Counted from the first letter of the stretch, positions 25,502-34,213 are shown. The stretch is DNA of 64,000 nt from an uncultured bacterium (GCA_964410395.1 CAYPGS010000014.1:11771-75770), one strand, 5' to 3'. The notes: generated from the sequence alone by a model not told the origin. Translations and numbers: made by a program.

Positions 25502-26407
25502 TCATCCTTCCCGGTTCGATGATTCCATGATCGTAACCCACAGCTCGAACCACTCGAAAAGATCGTCCGTGCCATCGCGGCTGCCCACGGCCTGGGGCAG
25601 GCCGAGAGCCTTGCAGCCCGACTTCACGGCAAATCGCTCGGGCACTTCCGCGTGGACGAGATCCGAATAGATGAGCAGGGGAATTCCCTCCCTCACGATT
25701 CGTTTCCGAAGCGTCAGTATATGACGCGGCGAGGGCGGAATGCCCGGCCGATTCTCAACGTGATCGACGATCTCGAATCCGAATCGTCGGGCCGTGTAGG
25801 TCCACTGATTGTGATAGGCAACGACCCGTCGGCCCTTCAGAAACTCGAGACGGCCATGCCAATCGGCCATGCGGGCTTCCCAGCGGGAGAGGAAATCCGC
25901 GAGTCGCTCTGAATAGTAGGACTCCCCCTGGGGATCCAACTCCTTCAGCTTCGCCGATAGCGCACGGGCGAGGTCGGGATAGAGACCTGGATCCACGGTG
26001 AAGTGCGGATTGCCCTGCGGGTGAACGTCACCCTGGCTTCGATCCACGTGTTCGGGCACTTCCAGGGGTTCGATGAAGTCCGAGAGATTCAGATGCCCGG
26101 GGCTGCCGTCGAGGATTTTCGGATTGCGCGCACCCTCTATGAGCAGGGGAAGCCATCCCACTTCCAGCTCGAGTCCGTTGTAGACGAGCAGGTCGGCGCG
26201 ACTCATGCGCCGGCTGTGGCTGGGCTTGGCCGCGATGGCGTGGGGATCCTCATCGCCCCGGGCAAGGATCGATACATTCACCCGATTTCCGCCCAACTCC
26301 TTGGCGAGGGCCCCGATCTCGGTGAGCGTGGCCACGACCTTGAGTTCGGCGGACGCCGCCCCCTGCAGAAGCAGGAGGGCGAGCGCCGCATACAGACTTC
26401 TTCTCAT
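25502..26407 (-). CDS. Metal ABC transporter substrate-binding protein, ZnuA/TroA family
   Basis: Signal peptide MRRSLYAALALLLLQGAASA, then LKVVATL, GDEDPHAI, GDVHPQGNPHFTVDP and VVAYHNQWTY, which are typical of cluster A-I metal-binding proteins. Confidence 0.88.
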   Translation of the reverse strand: MRRSLYAALALLLLQGAASAELKVVATLTEIGALAKELGGNRVNVSILARGDEDPHAIAAKPSHSRRMSRADLLVYNGLELEVGWLPLLIEGARNPKILDGSPGHLNLSDFIEPLEVPEHVDRSQGDVHPQGNPHFTVDPGLYPDLARALSAKLKELDPQGESYYSERLADFLSRWEARMADWHGRLEFLKGRRVVAYHNQWTYTARRFGFEIVDHVENRPGIPPSPRHILTLRKRIVREGIPLLIYSDLVHAEVPERFAVKSGCKALGLPQAVGSRDGTDDLFEWFELWVTIMESSNREG

Positions 26408-26415
26408 GGCGTCTC

Positions 26416-27543
26416 CTAGTAGCGGTGCGCCGGGTGGCTACCGATGGTGAAGTTCGCCTGCAGGCGAAGGCCATTGAAGCTCTCCTCGCCGATGGTCCGC
26501 TGCATCAGATCCAGGCGCCAGGCCTGGAACTCGCTGGGTACGAAGGCCAGGGAAACCGAGAGGGTGGAGCTGTCTTCGAGATGGCCGTGATCCTCGCCTT
26601 CCTCCTCCTCGTGCTCTTCGCCTTCCTGTGGAAGAAAAGTGTCGTAGCGGGCTCCGATCCAGATACGTCGACTCACCTTGGCCCGTCCGGACAGGTACCA
26701 GCCATCATGGGCGATCTCCTCATCGGGCAGAGTGTCGCTGCGTCGCAACCACTCGGCCTGGATCTCCATCTGCTTCGCATTGGAACCGGAACCGATCCAC
26801 TTCCAGGTAGCGTCCAGGCCCATGAAGACACGGTCGCCCTCCTCGATCTCATCCTCGTGTTCATGGGCGACCTTGCCGGCGAGCCAGCTTCCGCCCAGCT
26901 CGAAGGTGGAGCGCTCACCGATCTCGAAGAGCTGCTTCAGGCGGACCGACTGTCCCCATACGTTTTCTGGCGCTTCGGCGTGCTCGCCGTAGATCGAGTG
27001 GTTCAATGGAAAGACGGTTCCGGAGACCTCGGTGAACCAGGGCAGGGGGCTCAGCCAGCTCAGTTCCAGAGCCACGCCGCTCAGACCATGTTCCCCAAGA
27101 AGTTCATCCCAGGCCTGGGGTCTCTCCACGAAGGGATACTGGTGGGTGTGGAAGCTGTTGTGCTTGCCGAACTCCCAAAGGTACTGCCCGGCCCTCAATC
27201 CGAGATTCATGGGCAGCCTGCGAGTCTGCAGGAAGCCTTCTTCCAGTTCGATACCGCTGGTGCCGTGCATGGCCAGGGTGAGCACGGCCTTGCTGTAGGG
27301 ATCCACATTGGCGCTGAACTGTAGTTCGCTCTCCTGGATACCCAGTCCGGCTCCCGAGCCGTGTTCGTGCTCGTCCTCGTGTTCGTATGCTTCCTCCTCG
27401 CCGAGTAGTCCCGACGAATAGAGAATCAGGCTATTGACGCTGATGGCCGGGTTGAAATCCCGGCTGATGCCCGTGCTCGTCGTCGATGCGTCGACCAGCG
27501 ACGCGGTCAAGAGCAGGGCCACATAGAGAAGAGTGACGCGCAT
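26416..27543 (-). CDS. Outer-membrane beta-barrel (porin-like) protein with His/Glu-rich loops
   Basis: Signal peptide and alternating-hydrophobicity strands. Three acidic His clusters: EEEAYEHEDEHEHGSG, AHEHEDEIEEGD and EGEEHEEEEGEDHGHLED. The C-terminus is FTIGSHPAHRY (aromatic end). Confidence 0.65.
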   Translation of the reverse strand: MRVTLLYVALLLTASLVDASTTSTGISRDFNPAISVNSLILYSSGLLGEEEAYEHEDEHEHGSGAGLGIQESELQFSANVDPYSKAVLTLAMHGTSGIELEEGFLQTRRLPMNLGLRAGQYLWEFGKHNSFHTHQYPFVERPQAWDELLGEHGLSGVALELSWLSPLPWFTEVSGTVFPLNHSIYGEHAEAPENVWGQSVRLKQLFEIGERSTFELGGSWLAGKVAHEHEDEIEEGDRVFMGLDATWKWIGSGSNAKQMEIQAEWLRRSDTLPDEEIAHDGWYLSGRAKVSRRIWIGARYDTFLPQEGEEHEEEEGEDHGHLEDSSTLSVSLAFVPSEFQAWRLDLMQRTIGEESFNGLRLQANFTIGSHPAHRY

Positions 27544-27605
27544 GGCGACCTCCGTGCATGTTAAAACCCGCCGAATGCATCCGGCAAAGATGAGTAGATT
27601 CGGGT

Positions 27606-27908
27606 CTAGGCAGAGTTCGGCGGACCGCGAATGTGCCGGGAGTCTTCGGTGTACTCTCGGGAGCGCTCGACCGTGGAAAGGACGATGCGTTCCAATTCGC
27701 CAGTGGATAGGATGAGCTCCGGAACTTCCACAGCGGTCTGCTGACTCAGATTGTGGAAGAGGGTGCAGAAGCGATGGTCCCTCTCATCCTCGTCGTGTTC
27801 GCCGTGCTCGCAGTGCTCATGATGCAGGTGGATGAGGGGTGCGCCGATCCAGAGGAGGACGAAAAGCAGCATGATTGCCGTCATGTATCTGGATCGCAGG
27901 CGTGGCAT
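27606..27908 (-). CDS. Small membrane-anchored His/Cys-rich protein
   Basis: One TM helix (YMTAIMLLFVLLWIGAPLI) directly followed by HLHHEHCEHGEHDEDERDHRFC. It is the first gene of the metal operon. Confidence 0.5.
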   Translation of the reverse strand: MPRLRSRYMTAIMLLFVLLWIGAPLIHLHHEHCEHGEHDEDERDHRFCTLFHNLSQQTAVEVPELILSTGELERIVLSTVERSREYTEDSRHIRGPPNSA

Positions 27909-28032
27909 GGGCCCATCATAGGTGTCGCTGGGAATTCAGGCAAGAGTGTCGATTTCCAGCCGAATTGGCCTTTTGCCTGGAGAAAGGGGCTAACTGGCTC
28001 AATCGCAAAGAGTTGAAGCTCCCCTTGCCATC

Positions 28033-28061
28033 TTGACATCGCTGTTAGTCTAGGCTAATTT
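28033..28061 (+). promoter_or_regulatory. Promoter with embedded DtxR/IdeR-type operator
   Basis: TTGACA (28033-28038), N17, TAATTT (28056-28061). The spacer and -10 contain the imperfect palindrome TTAGTCTAGGCTAA (28045-28058), which resembles the TTAGG..CCTAA iron-box core. AGGAGG lies at 28077-28082. Confidence 0.5.
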
Positions 28062-28091
28062 ATTCCTCCTTCATTCAGGAGGCCCTGAACT

Positions 28092-28868
28092 TTGGCGCAG
28101 ATCAGCAACTTGTCCGAAAGCCTCGAGGACTATCTCGAGATCATCCTGCAGCTCGACCAGGAGAAGGGTGAGGCGAGGGTCAAGGACATCGCCGAACGCA
28201 AGGGCGTGCGCATGGCCAGCGTTACCGGCGCCATGAAGCGTCTGGCCAAGGAAGGCCTCATCGACTATCGCGCGAGGGAGACCGTGACCCTCACAGAGGA
28301 AGGTTCCGAGCTCGCCCACCGCGTGTTGCAGCGGCACGAGTTCATCACGCGATTCCTGGGGGACATCCTCGGTGTCAGTGCGGAAGTCGCCGAACGCGAC
28401 GCCTGCTCCATCGAACACATCATCAGCCTGGAGACCCTCGACCGCTTGGCCGCCTTCGTGGAGTTTCTCGGTGCCTGTCCCCAATCCGGGGGAAACATCG
28501 TGGAGCTGTTCAACAACTGCTACGGACACGCTCTGAAACAGGAGCGCGATGAGGAGGCCGTGGGCATGGCCTGTCGTAATGCCCAGTGCCAGTCGAATTT
28601 CCACGATACCACCGTTCGGCTCTTCAGCTCCCGGGCGAGTCGCGTGGCCCTGTCCGAGATGAAGCCGGGCGATCGCGGACGCGTGGTGAGCGTGAGGGCC
28701 GCCACGAGCATTCGCCAGCGGCTCATCGACATGGGGCTACTGCCAGGCGTCGAACTGGAAATGCTGCGCGTGGCGCCCCTGGGCGATCCCATCGAGATCA
28801 AGCTGAAGGGATACAACCTCTCCCTGCGCAAGATCGAAGCCTCCACCATCGCCGTCGAGGTGATCTGA
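28092..28868 (+). CDS. DtxR/MntR-family metalloregulator with C-terminal FeoA/SH3-like domain
   Basis: TTG start 9 nt after AGGAGG. Winged-helix region LEDYLEIILQLDQEKGEARVKDIAERKGVRMASVTGAMKRLAKEGLI and dimerisation helix HEFITRFL. The C-terminus is MKPGDRGRVVSVRA...LIDMGLLPGVELEMLRVAPLGDPIEIKLKGYNLSLRKIEA, a FeoA fold. Confidence 0.88.
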   Translation: MAQISNLSESLEDYLEIILQLDQEKGEARVKDIAERKGVRMASVTGAMKRLAKEGLIDYRARETVTLTEEGSELAHRVLQRHEFITRFLGDILGVSAEVAERDACSIEHIISLETLDRLAAFVEFLGACPQSGGNIVELFNNCYGHALKQERDEEAVGMACRNAQCQSNFHDTTVRLFSSRASRVALSEMKPGDRGRVVSVRAATSIRQRLIDMGLLPGVELEMLRVAPLGDPIEIKLKGYNLSLRKIEASTIAVEVI

Positions 28869-30997
28869 TGGCCCGGCCCTGGTCGGAGACTTCTTCCGCC
28901 TCGGCAGTCACCGTCGCCCTGGCCGGAAATCCCAACTCCGGAAAGACCTCGCTCTTCAACCGCCTGACCGGCGGACGTCAGCATGTGGGCAACTACCCGG
29001 GCGTGACCGTGGAGAAGAAGTGGGGGCGCTACGGCGAGGGCCTGGGCCAGGTGAACCTTGTGGACCTGCCGGGCACCTACAGCCTGACCGCCCAGAGCGA
29101 GGAAGAGCGCGTGGCGCGGGCCTACCTCATCAACGAGGAGCCCGACCTCGTGGTCGACGTGGTGGACGCCAGCAATCTCGAACGCAATCTCTACCTGGCC
29201 GTGCAGCTCATGGAGCTCGAGGTCAATCTGGTCATTGCTCTGAACATGATCGACGCCGCCCGTGGACAAGGCATGATCATCGACCGGGCGAAGATCGAGG
29301 AACTCACTGGTGCGCCGGTGGTGGAGACCGAGGGGCACCGGGGAGGCGGCATCGCCGAGTTGAAATCGGTGATTCGGCATCGGGCTGGTGAGAAGACCAA
29401 ACTGCGGCGCGTGAACTATGGGCAGGAAATCGAAGCCGTGATCGCCAGGTTAGAGGAGCTTCTCACGGCCATCGAGGACCTCCCCATTCCCCTTCGCTAC
29501 GGCGCCATCAAGCTGCTCGAGGGCGACCGCGAGATCACCCGGGGCGTCATGGAGAATCACCCCGAGCCCGAGAAGGTGCGCGCCGCCGTGGCGGAGGCCT
29601 CCGCGGGCATCGAGGACCGCTTCGGCGAGACCCTGGCCGCGCTTCTGGCCGATCGCCGCTACGGCTTCGCCATGGGACTGGTGAAGGAAGTCCTCGTCCG
29701 ACCTCCCCGCGGCGACCGCATCAGCCAGACCGAGCGGGCCGATTCCATCCTCACCCACCGCTTCTTCGGCCTTCCCATTTTCCTGGCCTTCATGTACGCG
29801 CTCTTCTGGCTCACCTTCACCGTGGGCGATCCGCTCATGGGTGTGATCGAGGGGCTTTTCGGATGGCTGGGCGACGGCATCAGCTCGGCCTGGCCCGTGG
29901 ATCGCGCCGAGTGGCTCCACAGCCTCATCGTGGACGGCATCATCGGCGGCGTGGGCGGCGTGATGGTCTTCCTGCCCAACATCGTGCTGCTCTTCCTCGG
30001 AATCAGCATCCTCGAGGACACGGGCTACATGAGCCGCGCGGCCTTCATCATGGACCGGGTGATGCACCGCTTCGGCCTGCACGGGAAGAGCTTCATCCCC
30101 ATGCTCATCGGCTTCGGCTGCACGATTCCCGCGATCATGGCCACCCGGACCCTGGAAAGCCGGCGGGATCGGCTCATCACCATGCTCATCCTGCCCTTCA
30201 TCTCCTGCGGTGCGCGCCTGCCCATCTATCTGTTGTTGATTCCCGCCTTCTTCCCGAAGCAGTGGCACGCGCCAGTGCTCTGGGGGCTCTATCTGCTCGG
30301 AATCGTGCTGGGCCTGGTCATGGCGCGGGTGCTGCGCAAGACCATCCTGGGCGGCACCGAGGCGCCCTTCGTCATGGAACTGCCGCCCTATCGCATGCCG
30401 AGCAAGCGAAGCATCCTCATCCACATGTGGAATCGTTCGGCCATGTATCTGCGCAAGGCGGGCACGATCATTTTGGCCATCTCCATCGTGCTCTGGGCTC
30501 TCGTCAGTTTCCCAAAGCCCAGCGAGTACCAGGTCGATATCGCCCGCGGCGAGAGCGTAGCCATGAGCGAGAGCGCCGCGGCCCGGGCCCGAGCCGCCGA
30601 GGATCTGGAATTCTCCCTGGCCGGCCGCATCGGACATTTCCTGGAGCCGGTCACCGCCCCCATGGGATTCGACTGGCGCATCAACACGGCCTTCCTGGGC
30701 GCTTTCGCCGCCAAGGAGGTCTTCGTGGCACAGATGGCCATCGTTTTCGCCATGGAGGAGGAGGCCGACGGAGGGGTGGGGCTCCGGGCGGTGTTGGCCC
30801 GCAACTACAGCGCGGCTCAGGGGATGGCCATTCTCATCTTCGCGCTGTTGGCCACGCCCTGCATGGCCACGGTGGCCATCACCCGCAGGGAATCGGGTCG
30901 CTGGGTCTGGGCGGCCCTCCAATGGAGCGGCCTGACGGCCCTGGCCTACTTCCTGGCCACCCTCGTCTACCAGCTCGGCTCACGATTTCCGGGCTGA
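28868..30997 (+). CDS. feoB: Ferrous iron transporter FeoB
   Basis: The ATG overlaps the dtxR-like stop (TGATG). G-domain motifs VALAGNPNSGKTSLFN, DLPGTYSL and ALNMID, followed by a large polytopic membrane domain. Confidence 0.93.
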   Translation: MARPWSETSSASAVTVALAGNPNSGKTSLFNRLTGGRQHVGNYPGVTVEKKWGRYGEGLGQVNLVDLPGTYSLTAQSEEERVARAYLINEEPDLVVDVVDASNLERNLYLAVQLMELEVNLVIALNMIDAARGQGMIIDRAKIEELTGAPVVETEGHRGGGIAELKSVIRHRAGEKTKLRRVNYGQEIEAVIARLEELLTAIEDLPIPLRYGAIKLLEGDREITRGVMENHPEPEKVRAAVAEASAGIEDRFGETLAALLADRRYGFAMGLVKEVLVRPPRGDRISQTERADSILTHRFFGLPIFLAFMYALFWLTFTVGDPLMGVIEGLFGWLGDGISSAWPVDRAEWLHSLIVDGIIGGVGGVMVFLPNIVLLFLGISILEDTGYMSRAAFIMDRVMHRFGLHGKSFIPMLIGFGCTIPAIMATRTLESRRDRLITMLILPFISCGARLPIYLLLIPAFFPKQWHAPVLWGLYLLGIVLGLVMARVLRKTILGGTEAPFVMELPPYRMPSKRSILIHMWNRSAMYLRKAGTIILAISIVLWALVSFPKPSEYQVDIARGESVAMSESAAARARAAEDLEFSLAGRIGHFLEPVTAPMGFDWRINTAFLGAFAAKEVFVAQMAIVFAMEEEADGGVGLRAVLARNYSAAQGMAILIFALLATPCMATVAITRRESGRWVWAALQWSGLTALAYFLATLVYQLGSRFPG

Positions 30998-31021
30998 CCC
31001 ACGACTTTTTCCTCCCAGCAT

Positions 31022-31051
31022 CTTTACAAGATCTTTGCATCCTGATATGTA
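31022..31051 (+). promoter_or_regulatory. Pho-box-like direct repeat plus -10 upstream of the Na/Pi-PhoU operon
   Basis: CTTTACA-agat-CTTTGCA (7-bp direct repeats with 11-bp phasing, compare CTGTCAT-N4-CTGTCAT), then tcctga, then TATGTA. Confidence 0.35.
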
Positions 31052-31112
31052 GTCCGGGACGGGCCCATGGGGGCTCGCTCTATCTCCCGCATCCCGTTTC
31101 CGCGAGGTTAAA

Positions 31113-32279
31113 GTGAGTAGCGAGTCCCGGACCCCTCCCGGTTCCCCGAGCGCGTCTCCCTCCGGTTTCTTCCGCGATCTGGCCGACACGGTCATCAAGA
31201 CGCTGACCCTTCTGGCCATCCTCTACGTCTTCTTCGTGGCCATCAAGCTCATGGGCGGAAGCGCCAAGGGCATGGGGAAGATGCTGGCCGCGGAGTTCCT
31301 TAACCAAGGAACATCCAGCGCTCTGCTCGGCCTTCTTCTCGGCGTATTCACTACCAGCCTCGTTCAGAGCTCATCCACGGTGACCGCCATGGTCGTGGGA
31401 CTCGTGGCCGGCGGCGCTTTTTCCCTCGAGATCGCCATTCCCATCATCATGGGCGCGAATATCGGGACCACGGTGACCAACACCATCGTATCGCTGGGAC
31501 ACATGCACCACCGTGAGGAGTTTCGTCGAGCCTTCGCAGCGGGAACGGTGCACGACATCTTCAATATCCTGGCCGTCATCGTCATCTTCCCCCTGGAGCA
31601 GATGACCCATTTCCTGCAGAAGGCCGCCACCTGGATGACGGGCCATCTCATGGGCCAGGAGTTCGGCAAGTTCGACGGCATCAAGCACATCGTCGATCCG
31701 GCCATAGGTCTGATCAAGCGTGGCATTCCCCACGATGGCCTGCGCCTGCTAGTTGCGCTCGTCCTTCTGCTGGTTACGCTCACCTTCCTGGTGAAGTTCA
31801 TGCGCTCCATCATGGAGAATCGCCTGGCTCGCATGATCGACAGCGTGCTCTTCAAGAACGCCGGAACGAGTATGTTCATGGGCGTCATCTTCACCGTGCT
31901 GGTGCAGTCCAGCTCGGTCACGACCAGTCTCGTGGTGCCTTTGGTGGGGGCTGGTATCCTGAACATTCGGCAGATCTTCCCCTATACGCTGGGCTCAAAT
32001 GTCGGCACGACCATTACGGCCCTCATGGCGGCTCTCGTCTTCGCAGCGACGGGAAGCGCGCCGGATGCTTCGCGTGCGGCCCTCACAGCCGCACTCGTGC
32101 ATACGCTCTTCAATATCTCAGGGATCGTCATCTGGTACCCCTTCCGGTCTCTTCCCATCAATATCGCAAAGCGTCTCGCCGCCATTTGCGCCAAGTCCCG
32201 GAAGAACACGATCCTGGTCATCTTGGGCTACTTCGGGATCTACCTGATCCCCTTGGCTCTACTATTGCTTCTGCGTTGA
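31113..32279 (+). CDS. Na+/phosphate cotransporter family protein (NptA-like)
   Basis: GTG start after GCGAGG. Duplicated motifs LVQSSSTVTAMVVGL / IIMGANIGTTVTN and LVQSSSVTTSLVVPL / YTLGSNVGTTITA. Confidence 0.85.
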   Translation: MSSESRTPPGSPSASPSGFFRDLADTVIKTLTLLAILYVFFVAIKLMGGSAKGMGKMLAAEFLNQGTSSALLGLLLGVFTTSLVQSSSTVTAMVVGLVAGGAFSLEIAIPIIMGANIGTTVTNTIVSLGHMHHREEFRRAFAAGTVHDIFNILAVIVIFPLEQMTHFLQKAATWMTGHLMGQEFGKFDGIKHIVDPAIGLIKRGIPHDGLRLLVALVLLLVTLTFLVKFMRSIMENRLARMIDSVLFKNAGTSMFMGVIFTVLVQSSSVTTSLVVPLVGAGILNIRQIFPYTLGSNVGTTITALMAALVFAATGSAPDASRAALTAALVHTLFNISGIVIWYPFRSLPINIAKRLAAICAKSRKNTILVILGYFGIYLIPLALLLLLR

Positions 32280-32299
32280 TCGCGGAAGCGGGAGGAATC

Positions 32300-33001
32300 A
32301 TGTGGAAGGAACTTTGGAGCCTGCTCAGTGAAAAGGAGACCCTGCTCTCCGAGGCCTTCGATGAGGCCGTCGAGATGCTCGATCTGGACCGCGAGATGTT
32401 CGTCATGGTCACCAAGGCTCTCGAGAAGAACATCACCGACGAGGAACTGGAAGATCTGAGAAAGATGGATAGGAACCTCAACAAGGTTCAGCAGGACATC
32501 CGCAAGAAGGTCTTCGAACACCTTGCGGTTTCCAAGGGACAGGACCTGCTCGGCGGCCTGGTGCTTACGAGCATCGTCATCGATCTGGAGCGCATCGGCG
32601 ACTACAGCAAGAACATCGGTGACCTGGTGAATCTCTTCCCCGGAGATATCGATCTGAGCGACCGTCGCGACGCGCTCTACCTGCAGCTGGAGCGCAGCAA
32701 CGAGGTCTTTGATCTGGCCCGCCTCGCCCTGGCCGACGAGGACAAGGACGCTGCGAAGAAGTGCATGAAGGTCTACGGGAAGATGGCCCACGACTGCGAC
32801 GCCCTCATGGAGGACATCATCGGTGGGGCCAAGAACGACGCGGCGGTTTCGAAGGCCGACCTAGGGCTCGTACTGCTTCTGCGCTACTACAAGCGTGTCG
32901 GAGCGCACCTGAAGAACATCGCCTCGGCCACCGTGGCGCCATTCCCCATGATCGGCTATTCACTGAAGAAGAAAAAGAACAACAACAATAACAACGCCTA
33001 G
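32300..33001 (+). CDS. PhoU-domain protein
   Basis: ATG at 32300 after GGAGG. Two PhoU-like helical repeats (ERIGDYSKNIGDLV; YYKRVGAHLKNIA). The tail KKKKNNNNNNA is unusual. Confidence 0.8.
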   Translation: MWKELWSLLSEKETLLSEAFDEAVEMLDLDREMFVMVTKALEKNITDEELEDLRKMDRNLNKVQQDIRKKVFEHLAVSKGQDLLGGLVLTSIVIDLERIGDYSKNIGDLVNLFPGDIDLSDRRDALYLQLERSNEVFDLARLALADEDKDAAKKCMKVYGKMAHDCDALMEDIIGGAKNDAAVSKADLGLVLLLRYYKRVGAHLKNIASATVAPFPMIGYSLKKKKNNNNNNA

Positions 33002-34098
33002 CGCGCCAGGATGTCGGCGTAGAAGGCCTCGGCGCGCTCGCCCAGGGTGGACAGGGAGAATTCCCCCTCCACCCGGCGCCGCCCGTTGCGTCCCATGACG
33101 GCCAGCTTCTCTCGATCTCCCATGAGTTGAAGCAATCTCGTCGACATCTCTCCCGCATCCCTTCCCGCGACGAGCACACCATTCTCTCCATGCACCACGA
33201 GTTCCCGGTTTCCGCCCACATCGGTGGCCATCACCGGCAGTGAAGCGCTCATGGCCTCGAGGATGGTGTTCGACAGTCCCTCGCTACGGCTCGTGAGCAA
33301 TGCCAGATCCGCCGCGGTCAGAAGATCCGGCACGTCCCGCCTTTCACCGGCCAGCCAGATGCCCGGGTCGGGCTCTTTGGCCAGGGCAGCCTGTAGCTCA
33401 GCATGCAGTTTCCCATCGCCCACCAGCCAGAATCGTGTTCGATCGTTCTCACGCCGGCTGCGCCGGGCGATGTCCATGAAGAGCCAGGGATCCTTGATCT
33501 CGTCGACTCGGGCCACCATGACGGCCACGAAGTCCTCGGGTCCCAGGCCCATTTCCTGGCGAATCGCCGCCCGCCTTTCGGGATCGGGACGGAATCTATC
33601 GGTGTCGATGCCGTTGCGCAGGATTCCGTGCTTGCGACGGGGGCTCAGGCGCAGTCGCTGGATGAAGGCATCGCGACCCTGCTCGGAATTGTGAAGGTAG
33701 AGCGAGGTGACCGGCTCGGCGGCCAGGTCCAGGATGGTATCACCCAGGCCCGCATCGAAACCCATGTCGCGCACCCCGGCGATCATCTTGCGCCGCCCGG
33801 CCAGCACCCCGGCGATGCGGCCCACGTGGTTGGCCTTTCGGAGCCAGGTCTGGAGAATGTCCGGCTTCCAGGCGCGCAGCTCGGCCACCAGGGCCCGCAT
33901 CTGGCCGACGGGACCTCCCACCCGCCGGCGATCGAGCTCCAGCACGCTCACCCCCGCCTCTTCGAGGGCCTTCCGCAGGATGCCACCTTCCACCAGGCTG
34001 ATCACCCGGAGTTCGTAGCGTTCGGCGGGCAAGCGACGGCAGAGCGCCACGAGCTGCGTTTCCGCCCCGCCCACGGCGAGCTGGGTGATCACATGCAT
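32998..34098 (-). CDS. Glycosyltransferase, GT4/GT1 family
   Basis: Start at MHVITQLAVGGAETQL. The C-terminal EGLSNTILEAMSASLPVMATDVGGNRELV carries the E-x7-E motif. Its stop overlaps the PhoU stop (CTAG). Confidence 0.85.
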   Translation of the reverse strand: MHVITQLAVGGAETQLVALCRRLPAERYELRVISLVEGGILRKALEEAGVSVLELDRRRVGGPVGQMRALVAELRAWKPDILQTWLRKANHVGRIAGVLAGRRKMIAGVRDMGFDAGLGDTILDLAAEPVTSLYLHNSEQGRDAFIQRLRLSPRRKHGILRNGIDTDRFRPDPERRAAIRQEMGLGPEDFVAVMVARVDEIKDPWLFMDIARRSRRENDRTRFWLVGDGKLHAELQAALAKEPDPGIWLAGERRDVPDLLTAADLALLTSRSEGLSNTILEAMSASLPVMATDVGGNRELVVHGENGVLVAGRDAGEMSTRLLQLMGDREKLAVMGRNGRRRVEGEFSLSTLGERAEAFYADILAR

Positions 34099-34160
34099 GA
34101 TGCGGATGCGCTCCACGATCCTCCTCGGGCGCAGTTTACGCGCTCTGCGTGAGGGCACAA

Positions 34161-34189
34161 TAAAAAACCCCGCGTCGGGGGACGCGGGG
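34161..34189 (-). terminator. Intrinsic terminator after 34214..34972
   Basis: Minus-strand CCCCGCGUC-cccc-GACGCGGGG followed by UUUUUUA. Confidence 0.7.
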
Positions 34190-34213
34190 CGTCAACGGAT
34201 CGGATCTAGCCTG

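Noticed and set aside
28586-28867. Upstream extension of the FeoB ORF (803-aa version).
   Set aside because: The Arg-rich extension overlaps the FeoA-like domain of the regulator in another frame. The FeoB G-domain begins right after the ATG at 28868, which overlaps the regulator stop.
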